Positions 51,001 through 61,682 of a DNA stretch of 64,000 bases are shown here, one piece after another. Where the stretch lies: positions 10,540,001-10,604,000 of the forward strand of contig OZ360234.1 in assembly GCA_977017645.1 (NCBI GenBank), given 5' to 3'. The stretch comes from Torpedo marmorata. Taxonomy: Eukaryota. Made by a program: the position numbers and the translations under genes. The notes below the pieces were generated by a model, which was not told where the DNA came from, made no database searches, and worked only from the letters and a program-made list of their open reading frames with translations. How positions within the stretch are numbered: the stretch's first letter is position 1; each line of letters starts with the position of its first letter.

Positions 51001-52635
51001 CACCCATTTGGCTGCATTTCATTCCTTTTCTTGGATTTATTTTCATCTATCCATAATTTATATGCACTTTTCCATGGGAGTGAAAATCACAAATTTGACA
51101 AATTCATCAGATGTGGACCTGATGTCTGCAACATGAGTTTATTGAACAGAGACATTGACAGGACGTTGTGATAAATCATATTTACGTCTCATATCTGCTC
51201 AGAAACACAACAATGAGTCGTTTGATAATTGCACATGATTAATACCACTCAATTCATAGCTTGTACATAAAAAGGGACACTCGTGCATGAAGAGTGAGTT
51301 GAAGCAGGTTTTTGCATCGTAAAATTACAGAGACAGAAAGTCAACATGAATTCTGCCAGTGTCCTTATATATATTTTTGAGGAAAACCATTAGAATTGCG
51401 TGTAAATACTGCAAACCAAATTATGTCAGTGGTCTTTGTCAATTCAAGAGCCTTCAGATTGTTTTTTAAAAAGAAGATTATAGACTGCTGCTCCTTGCAG
51501 AGTGGGCTCTTGTCAGTTAGTCCTCAGCATAGACATACAAACAGCTCTATCAATTGAATTGAAATGTCAGTCTCCACATGAGTAAATTGGGGCTCTTTTG
51601 CTGGTTTGGAACTTGGCACAAATCCTCATGCTGTTTTAAAAATTAATTATTTTGCAGATCAAGAGGGAATAGCACGGGTTTGGATATTTGGACCCCACCT
51701 CTTTCACTGATTTCCACTAATTTTTCTACTGGTTGAGAAAAGCAAATTCAGGAAATGTTCGTGCACTACCTCCTACCATGTAAACTTCCACTAATCCTTG
51801 GCCATCATGAACACAACTTGAGGGAATTTCAGGTTTATATTCTCAGAGAAACAACATTTTCTGACTGTCATGCTTTCTTATCGTCAATGCCTGATTATTG
51901 TCTTAGTTCTCTTCTGTGAATTGTTCAATCATCTTGATGCCCAATCCTGTCTGACAATTATCAGGTCTAAGTTCTCCCATGTGACATTTATAATGCAATT
52001 ACATAAAATTTCTTGATTTTCTTAAGTTGTTAGCCCATCTATTTTAAAGGCTAATGACTGTTAAAAGAGGCAGATTGAGATTTTAAATGTACATGTTAAC
52101 CAATTTGTTATAAACAACACACCGTGGAATTTCAGATTCAATGTAATCCATTTCTTTATGAATTTCAGATGCACAAGGCAAATTATATATTATTCTAACA
52201 ATTAGACCATGATCTGTTCATAATATCCTTGGACCAGGGATCCTAATAAAACTGCAACAAAATGTATCACTGCAAAATATTTTGACTACCATTTGTCATA
52301 AAGAACCTTGAAAACATCTGGAAGAAAGTTTTTCTTTGAAGAACTGAAATCCAATTATTGTAATTTACATTTAAAATCAGAAGTCTAAAAGTGATCATTA
52401 TCATTGATAATTAATAGTTCTATTTGTGTTTTTCTCCACTGCATTTTTTTTCTACGCTCCATCTCTATTAGAGCTATTGGAAAAACAAGTTTGCAGAACT
52501 TGGATTAGGGCACAAGAGGGAATAGGGGATGCAGTGGCTCGTGATACTCCCTCTACTCCCCCTTCACCTCCAATGACCACTGTAATAATAATCTAAAACA
52601 AAATATGCAGCATACGGTTATGGATGGTTTTACAC

Positions 52636-52636
<1 letters not shown>

Positions 52637-52672
<36 letters not shown>

Positions 52673-52695
52673 GCTCGCACGCACGCACGCACGCA
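52637..52695. repeat. (CA)n / (CACG)n microsatellite
   Basis: Direct observation. Confidence 0.95.
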
Positions 52696-53467
52696 TCTCA
52701 TATTAAGAACATGCATGCTCCCCGAGATATCAGCGCACTTACATTTCTGCTCTGCCCTCTGACCTGGATATTGAATGGAAATAAATTATTCAGGAATAAA
52801 GGAAGATCTGGCTTTGCTGTTCAAGGCTTCATCTATATCCATCAACAATTATTCTCTGCTGAAAAAAATATGAAGCTGAAACAATGATTGATTTTCACCT
52901 TCCTTGAATTATTAAAAGCAAGGCTGTTAGGAGGCCCATCTCTGGCTTGGTACCCCTGAAATTGGATCAATAGCTTTTTGGAGAATCCAGCACAGTTTTG
53001 GGCTACTTGAATCAGGCCAGTCATTGTATTAACTTTCAAAAGCATTGAAATGCTAACAGAAATTTGTAACCATTACATAAACTCTGGTCTCACAAAAGAA
53101 AAAAAAACTCGTAGTAATACTGCCAGGCTTCATATGTGATCCATCACAACTTGAATTTGTCCAAATGTCCTGGCAGACCTTGCAGATTAAACTACAGAGC
53201 CCTGAAATGTAATACCACATTTCCTCTCTGGTCTTTCCAAATATGGATGGAGATGAGAAATCTACTTACTAAAACCACCCTGATTGTTGCCACATGCAGA
53301 TATATCTGCCCAGATGATGCTTTTGTAACACATCAGGGCCCAGTCAATAAGCTCTGCTGCCTTAGAGGATGGAACTGATGCTGGTGCAACATTACTTTAA
53401 AAACATAGAGATGCTGGAAGAACTCAGCAGGTCTCGCAGCGTCCATAGGAGTTAAAGATATATCATC

Positions 53468-53495
53468 GATGTTTCGAGCCTGAGCTCTTCTTCAA
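53468..53495 (-). ncRNA. Minimal hammerhead core (variant)
   Basis: TTGAAGA-A-GAGC TCAG GCTC-GAAA-CATC. Confidence 0.6.
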
Positions 53496-53839
53496 GTTAT
53501 GAGTAAAAATCAGGCAGAATCAGAATCAGAATCAGAATTTATTGTCATGAACAAGTCATGAAATTCGGTGTTTTGCGGCAGCATCATAGTGCAATTAACA
53601 TTCATATTAACCATCTAACGACATTACTATAAAAAATTATAAACAATAGTGCACGAAAAGTAAGGCAGTGTCTTTGGTTCATTGATTATTCAGGAATCTG
53701 ATGGCAGCGGGGAAGAAGCTGTCCTTGTGCCATTGAGTGCTCGTCTTTAGGCTCCTGTACCTTTTTCCCGATGGAAGCAGAGTGAAGAGGGCATGGCCTG
53801 GGTGGTGGGGGTCTTTGAGGATAGAGGCTGCTTTTTTAA

Positions 53840-54931
53840 CCATATATATATAACAATTACAGCACGGAAACAGGCCATTAGGCCCTTCCAGTCCGCACCG
53901 AACCAAAACATTCCTATCTAGTCCCACCTACCTGCACCTTGCCCATAACCCTCCACTTCCCTCTCATCCATATACTTGTCCAACTTTTTCTTAAATACTA
54001 AAATTGACTCTGCCGCCACTACTTCTCCCGGAAGCTCATTCCACACCGCTACCACTCTCTGAGTAAAGAAGTTCCCCCTCATGTTACCTCTAAACCTCTG
54101 CCCCTTAACTCTTAGCTCATGTCCTCTTGTTTCAATCTCTCCTATTCTTAATGGAAATAGTCTATCCACATCCACTCTGTCTATCCCTTTCATAATTTTA
54201 AATACCTCTATCAAATCCCCTCTCAACCTTCTACGCTCCAAAGAATAAAGACCTAATCTGCTCAATCTCTCCTTGTACTCTAAATTCTTAAACCCAGGTA
54301 ACATTCTGGTAAACCTTCTCTGCACTCTCTCCACCTTGTTGATATCCTTCCTATAATTTGGCGACCAGAACTGCACACAGAACTCTAAATTAGGCCGCAC
54401 CAAAGCCTTATATAATCTCAACATCACTTCCCAACTCCTATATTCTATGCATTGATTGATGAAGGCCAGCATACTAAAAGCCTTCTTCACCACCCTATTC
54501 ACATGGGTTTCCACCTTCAGGGAACGATGCACCGTTATTCCTAAATCTTTCTGCTCTTCTGTATTCATCAATGCTCTCCCATTTACTACATACGTCCTGT
54601 TCTGATTCTTCTTTCCAAAATGAAGCACCTCACACTTATCAGCATTAAACTCCATCTGCCATTTTTCAGCCCACTTTTCTAAGCAGCCCAAATCCTTCTG
54701 CAATCCTTGAAAACCTTCTTCATTATCCACTATTCCACCTATCTTGGTATCATCTGCATATTTACTAATCCAGTTTACCACCCCATCATCTAGATCATTG
54801 ATATATATAACAAACAACAATGGGCCCAATACAGATCCCTGAGGCACACCGCTTGTCACGGGCTTCCAACCTGACAAACAATTATCCACTACCACTCTCT
54901 GGCCTCTCCCCTCCAGCCAATGTTCAATCCA
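53840..54931 (-). mobile_element. Young CR1, 5'-truncated, nested in Rex1-A
   Basis: TTTTAA duplicated at 53834-53839 and 54932-54937; uninterrupted RT ORF. Confidence 0.92.
53918..54895 (-). pseudogene. CR1 reverse transcriptase, C-terminal half (325 aa, uninterrupted)
   Basis: SGVPQGSVLGPLLF, SKYADDTK, WQMEFNADKC, KDLGI, RGDLIEVFKI, FFTQRVV..WN.LP. Confidence 0.92.
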
Positions 54932-56427
54932 TTTTAAGACACCGCCTCATGTAGATGTCCTCGATGGAGTGAAGTTTGGTGCCTGTGATGTCACAGGCCG
55001 AGTTAACAACCCTTTGGAGTTTACTCTTGTCCTGAGAGTTGGCGCCTCCATACCAGGCAGTGATGCAACCAGCCAGAATGCTCTCCACGGTACACCTGTA
55101 GAAGTTTACGAGAGTCTTTGGTGACATACCGAATCTCCGCAGACACCTCACAAAGTATAGCCGCTGACGAGCTTTCTTTGTGATTGTATCAACGTGGATG
55201 CTCCAGGACAGATTCTCGGAGATGTTGACACCCAGGAATTTGAAGTTCTTGACCCTCTCCACGACTGAGCCCTCGATGAGGACTGGGTTGTGTTCCCCTG
55301 ACTTCCCCCTGAAGTCCACAATCATCTCCTTGGTTTTGCTGACGTTGAGCTCAAGGTTGTTGTCGTTACACCATTCAACGAGCTGATCTATCTCCCTCTT
55401 GTACGCTTCCTCATTGCCGTTTGTGATTCTGCCGACAACTGTGGTGTCATCGGCAAACTTGTAGATGGCATTGGAATTGTGCCTGGCCTAAATTAAAAGG
55501 CTTGGGAGAAGGAAAGAAAGGGCAGGGGGAGGAGTACAGACCAACAGACAAAAGGTGATAATTGGACATGGATAGGATAGGAGTGGAAAGTTGAGAATTG
55601 ATAGGGGGAAGGGGTGGCTCTGTGAATGCCGATCCGGAGGATTTGAAAGAGTGCCCGAACTAGAGAAAAATATAAATGGGGATATATGGGGGAGGTGGGG
55701 TCTTGCGAAAACCCGAGAAGTCGATGTTAATGCCATTCGGCTGGAGGGTGCTCAGATTGAATATGAGGGGTTGTTTCTCCAATTTGTGGGTGGTCTCAGC
55801 TCAGTCTGGCAGTGCATGAGACCATGAACAGATGTGTCGGCATGGGAATAGGGTGATGAGGCCGGGGATTTAAATGGATTGCCACTGGGAGAGCTGAGAG
55901 ATCACCGCTATTGCGGCGGGCAGAGCCGAGGTGCTCAATGAAGCGATCTCATCTCCCAACCTGAGTTCAATTTCTCCGATGTAGAGGAAACCACAATGGG
56001 ATCACTGGATGCAGTAGATGACCCCTGCAGATTCACCAGTGAAGTAATGCTTCACCTGGAAGGACTGTTTGGGGCCCCGAATGCTGGTGAGGGAGGAGGT
56101 GTGGGTGCAAGTGTAGCACTTCCTGCGGTCAGAGGGGTAGGTGCCAAGGTGGCAATTGGTGGGAAGGGAGGAGTGATTGAGAGTGTCTGTTGGTCTGTGC
56201 TCCTCCCCCTGCCCTTTCTTTCCTTCTCCCCAGCCTTTTAATTCCAGCGCCTCCCTGTTTTTTACTCATACCTTAGAGAAGTGCTCAGGTCCGAAATGTT
56301 GGTTATATATCTTTACCTCCTATGGACGTTGCGAGAACTACTGAGTTCCTCCAGTATTCCTGTGTTTTCATTACAATCACAGCATCTGCAGATTTATGTG
56401 TTTCGCAACATTGCTTTGAAAGCTTTA

Positions 56428-57225
56428 TCTTTTTAAAATCTTTTTATTAATTCCATAAAATCATGGATATAACAGTTCATTCACTATATACGTTTACAGA
56501 AAAAAGCAAAGAAAAGCATTATCGCATGTTCCATTATCCATCTATAACAGAGTATACATTACAGATGTATATCAATTTTTTTTCTTTACAATTTAGTATT
56601 ATAATACCAATAGGTATAAAAAGAACCAAGCCACAAAAAAAAGATAATATAGTGATTTCATCATAGTACATTTTTTTATAAAAGCTAATGCAATCTAAAC
56701 TAGCCTACCACCTACCCCCACCTCAGAATTGCACTGACCTGTAGAAATAATATAACTTCAAATCATGAGGAATCATAAACTCTGATAATAGTCGATAAAG
56801 GAACCCCAAATATTAGTAAATTTTAGCTCATTACTCGAAACCTTTACTGGCTAAATTTTCATCAAATATATCATCTATGTGTGATAGATGTAATGTTCAT
56901 GAAGGTACATTATTTCACATGTTTTGGTTAGTTAGATTTTGGAATAAAATTTTTTGTACTCTTTCTTTGGTTTTAGCTACTCAATTAGATCCAAATCCAT
57001 TTATAGCAATATTTGGTATAAATGATCCTAGTAATCATGATCTTACTAATAATCAAAAACATGTGATCGTTTTTTCTTCTCTGGTTGCAAGGCGACAGAT
57101 CTTGCTAAAATGGAAGGATGGTAATCCTCCTATATATGAAGATTGGCTATCAAGTTTAATGTCCTATTTAACATCAGAAAAGATTAGATGTTCTAATATT
57201 AAATTAAACCTAAAATTTACTAATA
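56428..57225 (-). mobile_element. L1-clade insertion with 5' inversion (twin priming) and 13-bp TSD
   Basis: PolyA/3' UTR on the minus strand 56428-~56845; ORF2 Cys-rich segment on the plus strand 56877-57230; TSD TTTGAAAGCTTTA at 56415-56427 and 57226-57238. Confidence 0.85.
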
Positions 57226-58340
57226 TTTGAAAGCTTTAAAAGTAAAATAAAAGAAACAAAACCATCTACCTGAAGTTTTGCTATTACATTATATTTGCGA
57301 TCTTCAACTTGTAAAATGTACATTCACAAACTGGCCAGAGCATAACTTGACATGTAACTACTCAATCATCTGATTCTCCACTGTTAACTGCAATCCTTGA
57401 CCTTCTGGCATAATAAGTTTATTCTATTCAGTATGATGTGTACTACCAGCAGATAATCACACATAATTAAGTTATGCTCAAATACTCAGAGCAATCTGGC
57501 TTTTTTTAATGACATTCTCCTTCACCTCTCCATATTCTCTTGAATACTTTCTTTAGGCTTTCTAAAAATTATACAATTTATTGGATTAGAATCTCTCAGA
57601 CATGAGGGAGATGGGCTTGCTTTTCCATCCAATTTATTTTCATCTTGATTTCTCAGGAGAAGTGTAAAGAGATGTAAAATTATTCAACCGTTTGCATCAG
57701 AGCATGTACAATCATGCCAACACTCCAGTAAATAAGTCAAGATCATCAGTTTATCCTGTAACTGTTAATGTCCCAAGGTGCCTAATCAAGTCGAAATAAG
57801 ACCAGCAAATGCCAAATATATTTATTTCATTTAATACACGAGGTTACCAGCAACCTTCCCACATCTGTGTGTTTGTGTGTGAAAGAGAGAGGAGACTGTG
57901 GTTAAAAAAAAATTAAAATGCAGCTGTGGCCATACATTGCACAGTTCTCACAAAACCAAAAAATATTGGAAATACTCAGCAGACCAGAGGGAAAAAGGGC
58001 TGATGTTTTAGAGCAATGGCTTTCCATCAGAATGGAGTTAAAACAAGGCAGACCTTTCAAGATGCTGCCTAACTTGTTGAATAGTTCCAGTATTTGTTGT
58101 TTTAACTTCACTTTTCCAGCATTTGCTTTTTGATTTGTACTACTCCATTTGAAGGGTCAAATAGCTACTTCTGTGGTCAAAATGTTTGTTACAATAGATA
58201 ATTGTGTGTGCGAGCAGTGACTAGATGTTCTGTGTCCACTCAACTCGTTTATGGGGAAATATTTTCAGTTGCCACATCACCTAAGAGCATTTGAATCTCA
58301 AGCAGTTCAGCAACTTCAGTTCAGAATTTTCTGAACTGGC

Positions 58341-58588
58341 TTTATTTTATTTTTATTTAGACGGACAGCACGGTAACAGGACCTTTCGGCCTACGAGGCC
58401 GTGCTGCCCAATTACACCCAATTGACCTAGAGACGTGTTGAATGGTGGGAGGAAACTGGAGCTCCCGGAGGAAACCCACGCAGACACGGGGAGAATGTAC
58501 AAACTCCTGACAGACAGCACCGGATTCGAACCCAAGTCGCTGGTGCTGTAACAGTGTTGCGCTAACCACTACACTAACCATGCCGCCC
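58341..58588 (-). mobile_element. tRNA-derived V-SINE (HE1-like)
   Basis: Reverse complement of the same head and core; (AAAAT)n-like tail. Confidence 0.85.
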
Positions 58589-59118
58589 AGCTGAGGATTT
58601 ACTGCAATTTCTCTTTTAAAAAAAAAGAATTCTACTATATCTTCAGAGTTCTAACCATTTGCATGCTCAACTTATTTAATGAAAATCCTGAGGCCTCATG
58701 GCCTTCATCCTGTGGCCTTGAAGGAACATGGGGTCTCTCCAACATCAGAAGATTGAGCTGGATTTTGTTGAATCCAGACTTGGCAGCAATAGACTCTATC
58801 CATCTGGGATCTTTGCAGATGCAAAGGACCAGACAAACTCACCTTCCACAGCAGAGAGATGTTGCATGAGGCAGAGTGGGCTGTGAGAAGGGATAAGGTC
58901 TCAGATCACATTGTATTGAGGTCCAGACCCTGGAAAACTGCTGACGATCTGTTGGGCAAGACTATTTAAAACCTATTCAAGGAGCAATAAGTAATTTACC
59001 AGTATTTTATATAAATTAAATTAAAAATACTATATTAAAATAATTTTAAAATATAATGTAAAATAACTGAAACATTTACCTCCACTTACCTCTTTCCATT
59101 GGATACATGGTCTCATTT

Positions 59119-59417
59119 GGGGGCGGCACGGTTAGCGTAGTGGTTAGCGCTATGCTGTTACAGCGCTAGTGACCGTGACGGGCGTTCGAATCCCGCGCTG
59201 TCTGTAAGGAGTTTGTACATTCTCCCCGTGTCTGTGTGGGTTTCCTCCGGGTGCTCTGGTTTCCTCCCACCATTCAAAACGTACCAGTGGTTGTAGGTCA
59301 ATTGAGTGTAATTGGACGGCACGGCTCGTGGGCTGAAAGGACCTGTTACCGTGCTGTACGTATGTATGTATGTATGTATGTATGTATGTATGTATGTACG
59401 TATGTATGTATGTATGT
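59119..59417 (+). mobile_element. tRNA-derived V-SINE with a (TATG)n tail
   Basis: GGGCGGCACGGTTAGCGTAGTGG head, GTTCGAATCC B box, V core, (TATG)n at 59361-59417. Confidence 0.88.
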
Positions 59418-60820
59418 CATTCAGAGTGATAGGGTTTCTCCTTTTACATTTGCCCTCCATGACAAAAAAAAACAGTATCACATGCAAAATTCACCCATCT
59501 ACTCTCTCCGATGGTGAACTAGTGGTGGAGTGACGGGAATTTGAGCTCTTGCTCATTTCTCGCTTGTCTGGGTATTCAAGATTCCTTTATTACCATGTAA
59601 TAAAAACAGTGCAATATACATGGAACTTGCTTTCATCTGTGGTAAGGCAGACGGATTCGCCAGAGAAAAAGAAGCAAAAGAGAGTCCCCTCAGAGTTACC
59701 AAGTGTCCATGGATTCACCTCCAGCGCTGCTGCAGCCCCTGCAGCCACACATGTCTGAGCCATGATCAAGAAACTGTCATTGGTTCCCTGTAGAACTGTC
59801 ACTGTCAGTCGGCTTGATTCGGCCCACTCTGAAGAGCTTTATGCAGACATTTAGGGACAAATTTCCACATTCTGCCAACACTTGAGCGGGGACTTATCCA
59901 GGAATTCCTGTGGAAATGCCAGTGTGTGGCACTGGTGTGGGCCTATGCCAGTCGTCTCTTGCACCCTTGGCATTTGGGCTGTGGTGCTCCAGTGCAACCA
60001 AGCTTGTGCAATCATTTCAAAACTTCCCAGTTCTCAGATTTAGACTTCTAATGGCTGAGCCTGCATTGGTTAAACCTGGCAGAAGTACAACAGCCCCTTA
60101 TGGGGGAAATTGGATGCCAAGAAAAATATAGTTGGTCATATATTTTTATCATTTATTTTAATTTAAATGCTTTAAATTGATTTTTTAGTGTCCAAATGTC
60201 CTTTTTTGTGTCAAATACTTTCATTAACATGTAATCACATTGCCAGCCTCACCAGCCCATGAATCTGGGGAGTGGGGAAGTGACAAACCAGCTAAGAAAG
60301 CCAGTCGGTGAGTATAGCAGGCAACATTCATTGAAACCATTCATCTGTTGCAATTGGCTCCACCAAAGTATTGAGACCAGGGCTCAGAAAGGAAGATGTC
60401 ACCCAAAGTGACACTGGAATAAAGAACGATTCTGGGACAAAGATAGCCCTGTCCAATAGTGACTTTAAGATTTTTTGCAACAATAACCTAAATTCAGGCT
60501 GACAATTTTTAAAATGTTGGGCATGCTGCACAATCAAAGCTGTCCTCTTTCAGATACAACATACAACTATTTATAGAGGAAGACTCTACCTGCTAGGAAT
60601 AGGTTATCATGTCAATTATCACATGATTGCTGCATTATTTTCTGTATCAAGCGGTTACTGTGTTAAATCAATGACATTAACCATGTTTCAAAAATTGCTC
60701 ATTTTACTGGAAGTTTTTGAGTTCTTTTTGAAATATTAGAACGGAATTTATAAACCCAATGTCCTATGAAGCTACATAAAATGGTTCTAAGAGTCTGCAA
60801 TCAAAGATTAAAGAATTTCT

Positions 60821-60821
<1 letters not shown>

Positions 60822-60845
<24 letters not shown>
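60822..60845. repeat. (TA)n microsatellite
   Basis: Direct observation. Confidence 0.95.
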
Positions 60846-60852
<7 letters not shown>

Positions 60853-61300
60853 TATTGTTGTTTCTAAGTTTTGGAGAGATTGATAATTTAAAGAACATTT
60901 TTGTATGAGTCGATCATCAGATTGTCTGCCAAGAATTCAATAAAATAAAACTCAGTTGGAAACCTTTCATTTCTTAATGCCTTTTTCTCGGTATATTGAT
61001 GAGTTATTAAGTTTTCCCATGGGCAATCAATTGAGCTCATTCCAGACTACTAGGCAATGGAACCTGAGCCGAATTCAAGAATAACTTCTGTGGGACTTTA
61101 AAACTCTAATTGATGAAAATGATTTGTGTGGGATCAAAAATGTATTTTTTTTTTACAATTCATCAGTGATTTCTCTGCCAGATTGTTATCCCTGGGTCTT
61201 TGCTTTGGAATTCATAATCACACAATTTCTTGTTGTTTTTTTCTGGCTGACAAGCAACATCAGTAAATTTATGTGAGGTATGTGTGAGCAGAGCTCTGTG

Positions 61301-61682
61301 TCAGCTGTGGCTCAGTTGGTGGTAATCTCACCTCTGAATCAGAATGGAATGTTGTGCTGTTGGAAGCTTTGGGTTTTGGGTGAGATGTTGAGCCAAGGTC
61401 CCATCTGCTCATTCAGATTGATGGAAAGAATCCTCTGAACTCTTTTAAAGAAGATGAGGGAGTTATGCCCAGTACTCTTACCAGATCTCTCAAGTAATTT
61501 CTATGCCAAACTATCTGGTCATTATCACGTTGCTGTTTTGGGGATATTATTATTCATCAATTAGCTGTCACATTTCCTCCATTGTAACTGGAACTGTATT
61601 TCAAAAATTGGTTCATTGCCTGTAAAATGCTTTGGTCATTTCTGAAAGGGACATAAAAAGATGCTATGTAAATACAAAATTT
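61301..61682 (+). mobile_element. Ancient DeuSINE (SacSINE1/AmnSINE-related) copy
   Basis: Head TCAGCTGTGGCTCAGTTGGT..CTCACCTCTGAATCAG; Deu-like core TGAGATGTTGAGCCAAGGTCCCATCTGC...GAAGATGAGGGAGTTATGCCC...ATCTGGTCATTATCAC.TTGCTGTTT; LINE-type tail GCTATGTAAATACAA. Confidence 0.65.

Larger units (their letters stand above)
53516..55488 (-). mobile_element. Rex1/Babar family A, 5'-truncated, split by CR1
   Basis: (AGAATC)n tail on the plus strand; ORF pieces 54924-55325 and 53679-~53839 match family A. Confidence 0.92.
53399..56404 (-). mobile_element. Penelope-like element with an inverted terminal segment and 13-bp TSD, hosting Rex1 and CR1
   Basis: PLTR 53399-53515, decayed GIY-YIG region ~55720-56180, inverted PLTR 56185-56404; TSD GCAACATT(A/G)CTTT at 53386-53398 and 56405-56417. 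Confidence 0.82.

Noticed and set aside
59080-59120. Minus-strand GAG|GTAAGT donor at ~59090
   Set aside because: Only ~30 nt separate it from a SINE head and I found no acceptor or frame support.
59119-59200. tRNA genes at SINE heads (also 9165, 10492, 12354, 35112, 58588)
   Set aside because: A/B boxes are present, but they continue into SINE core or tail sequence with no complete cloverleaf.
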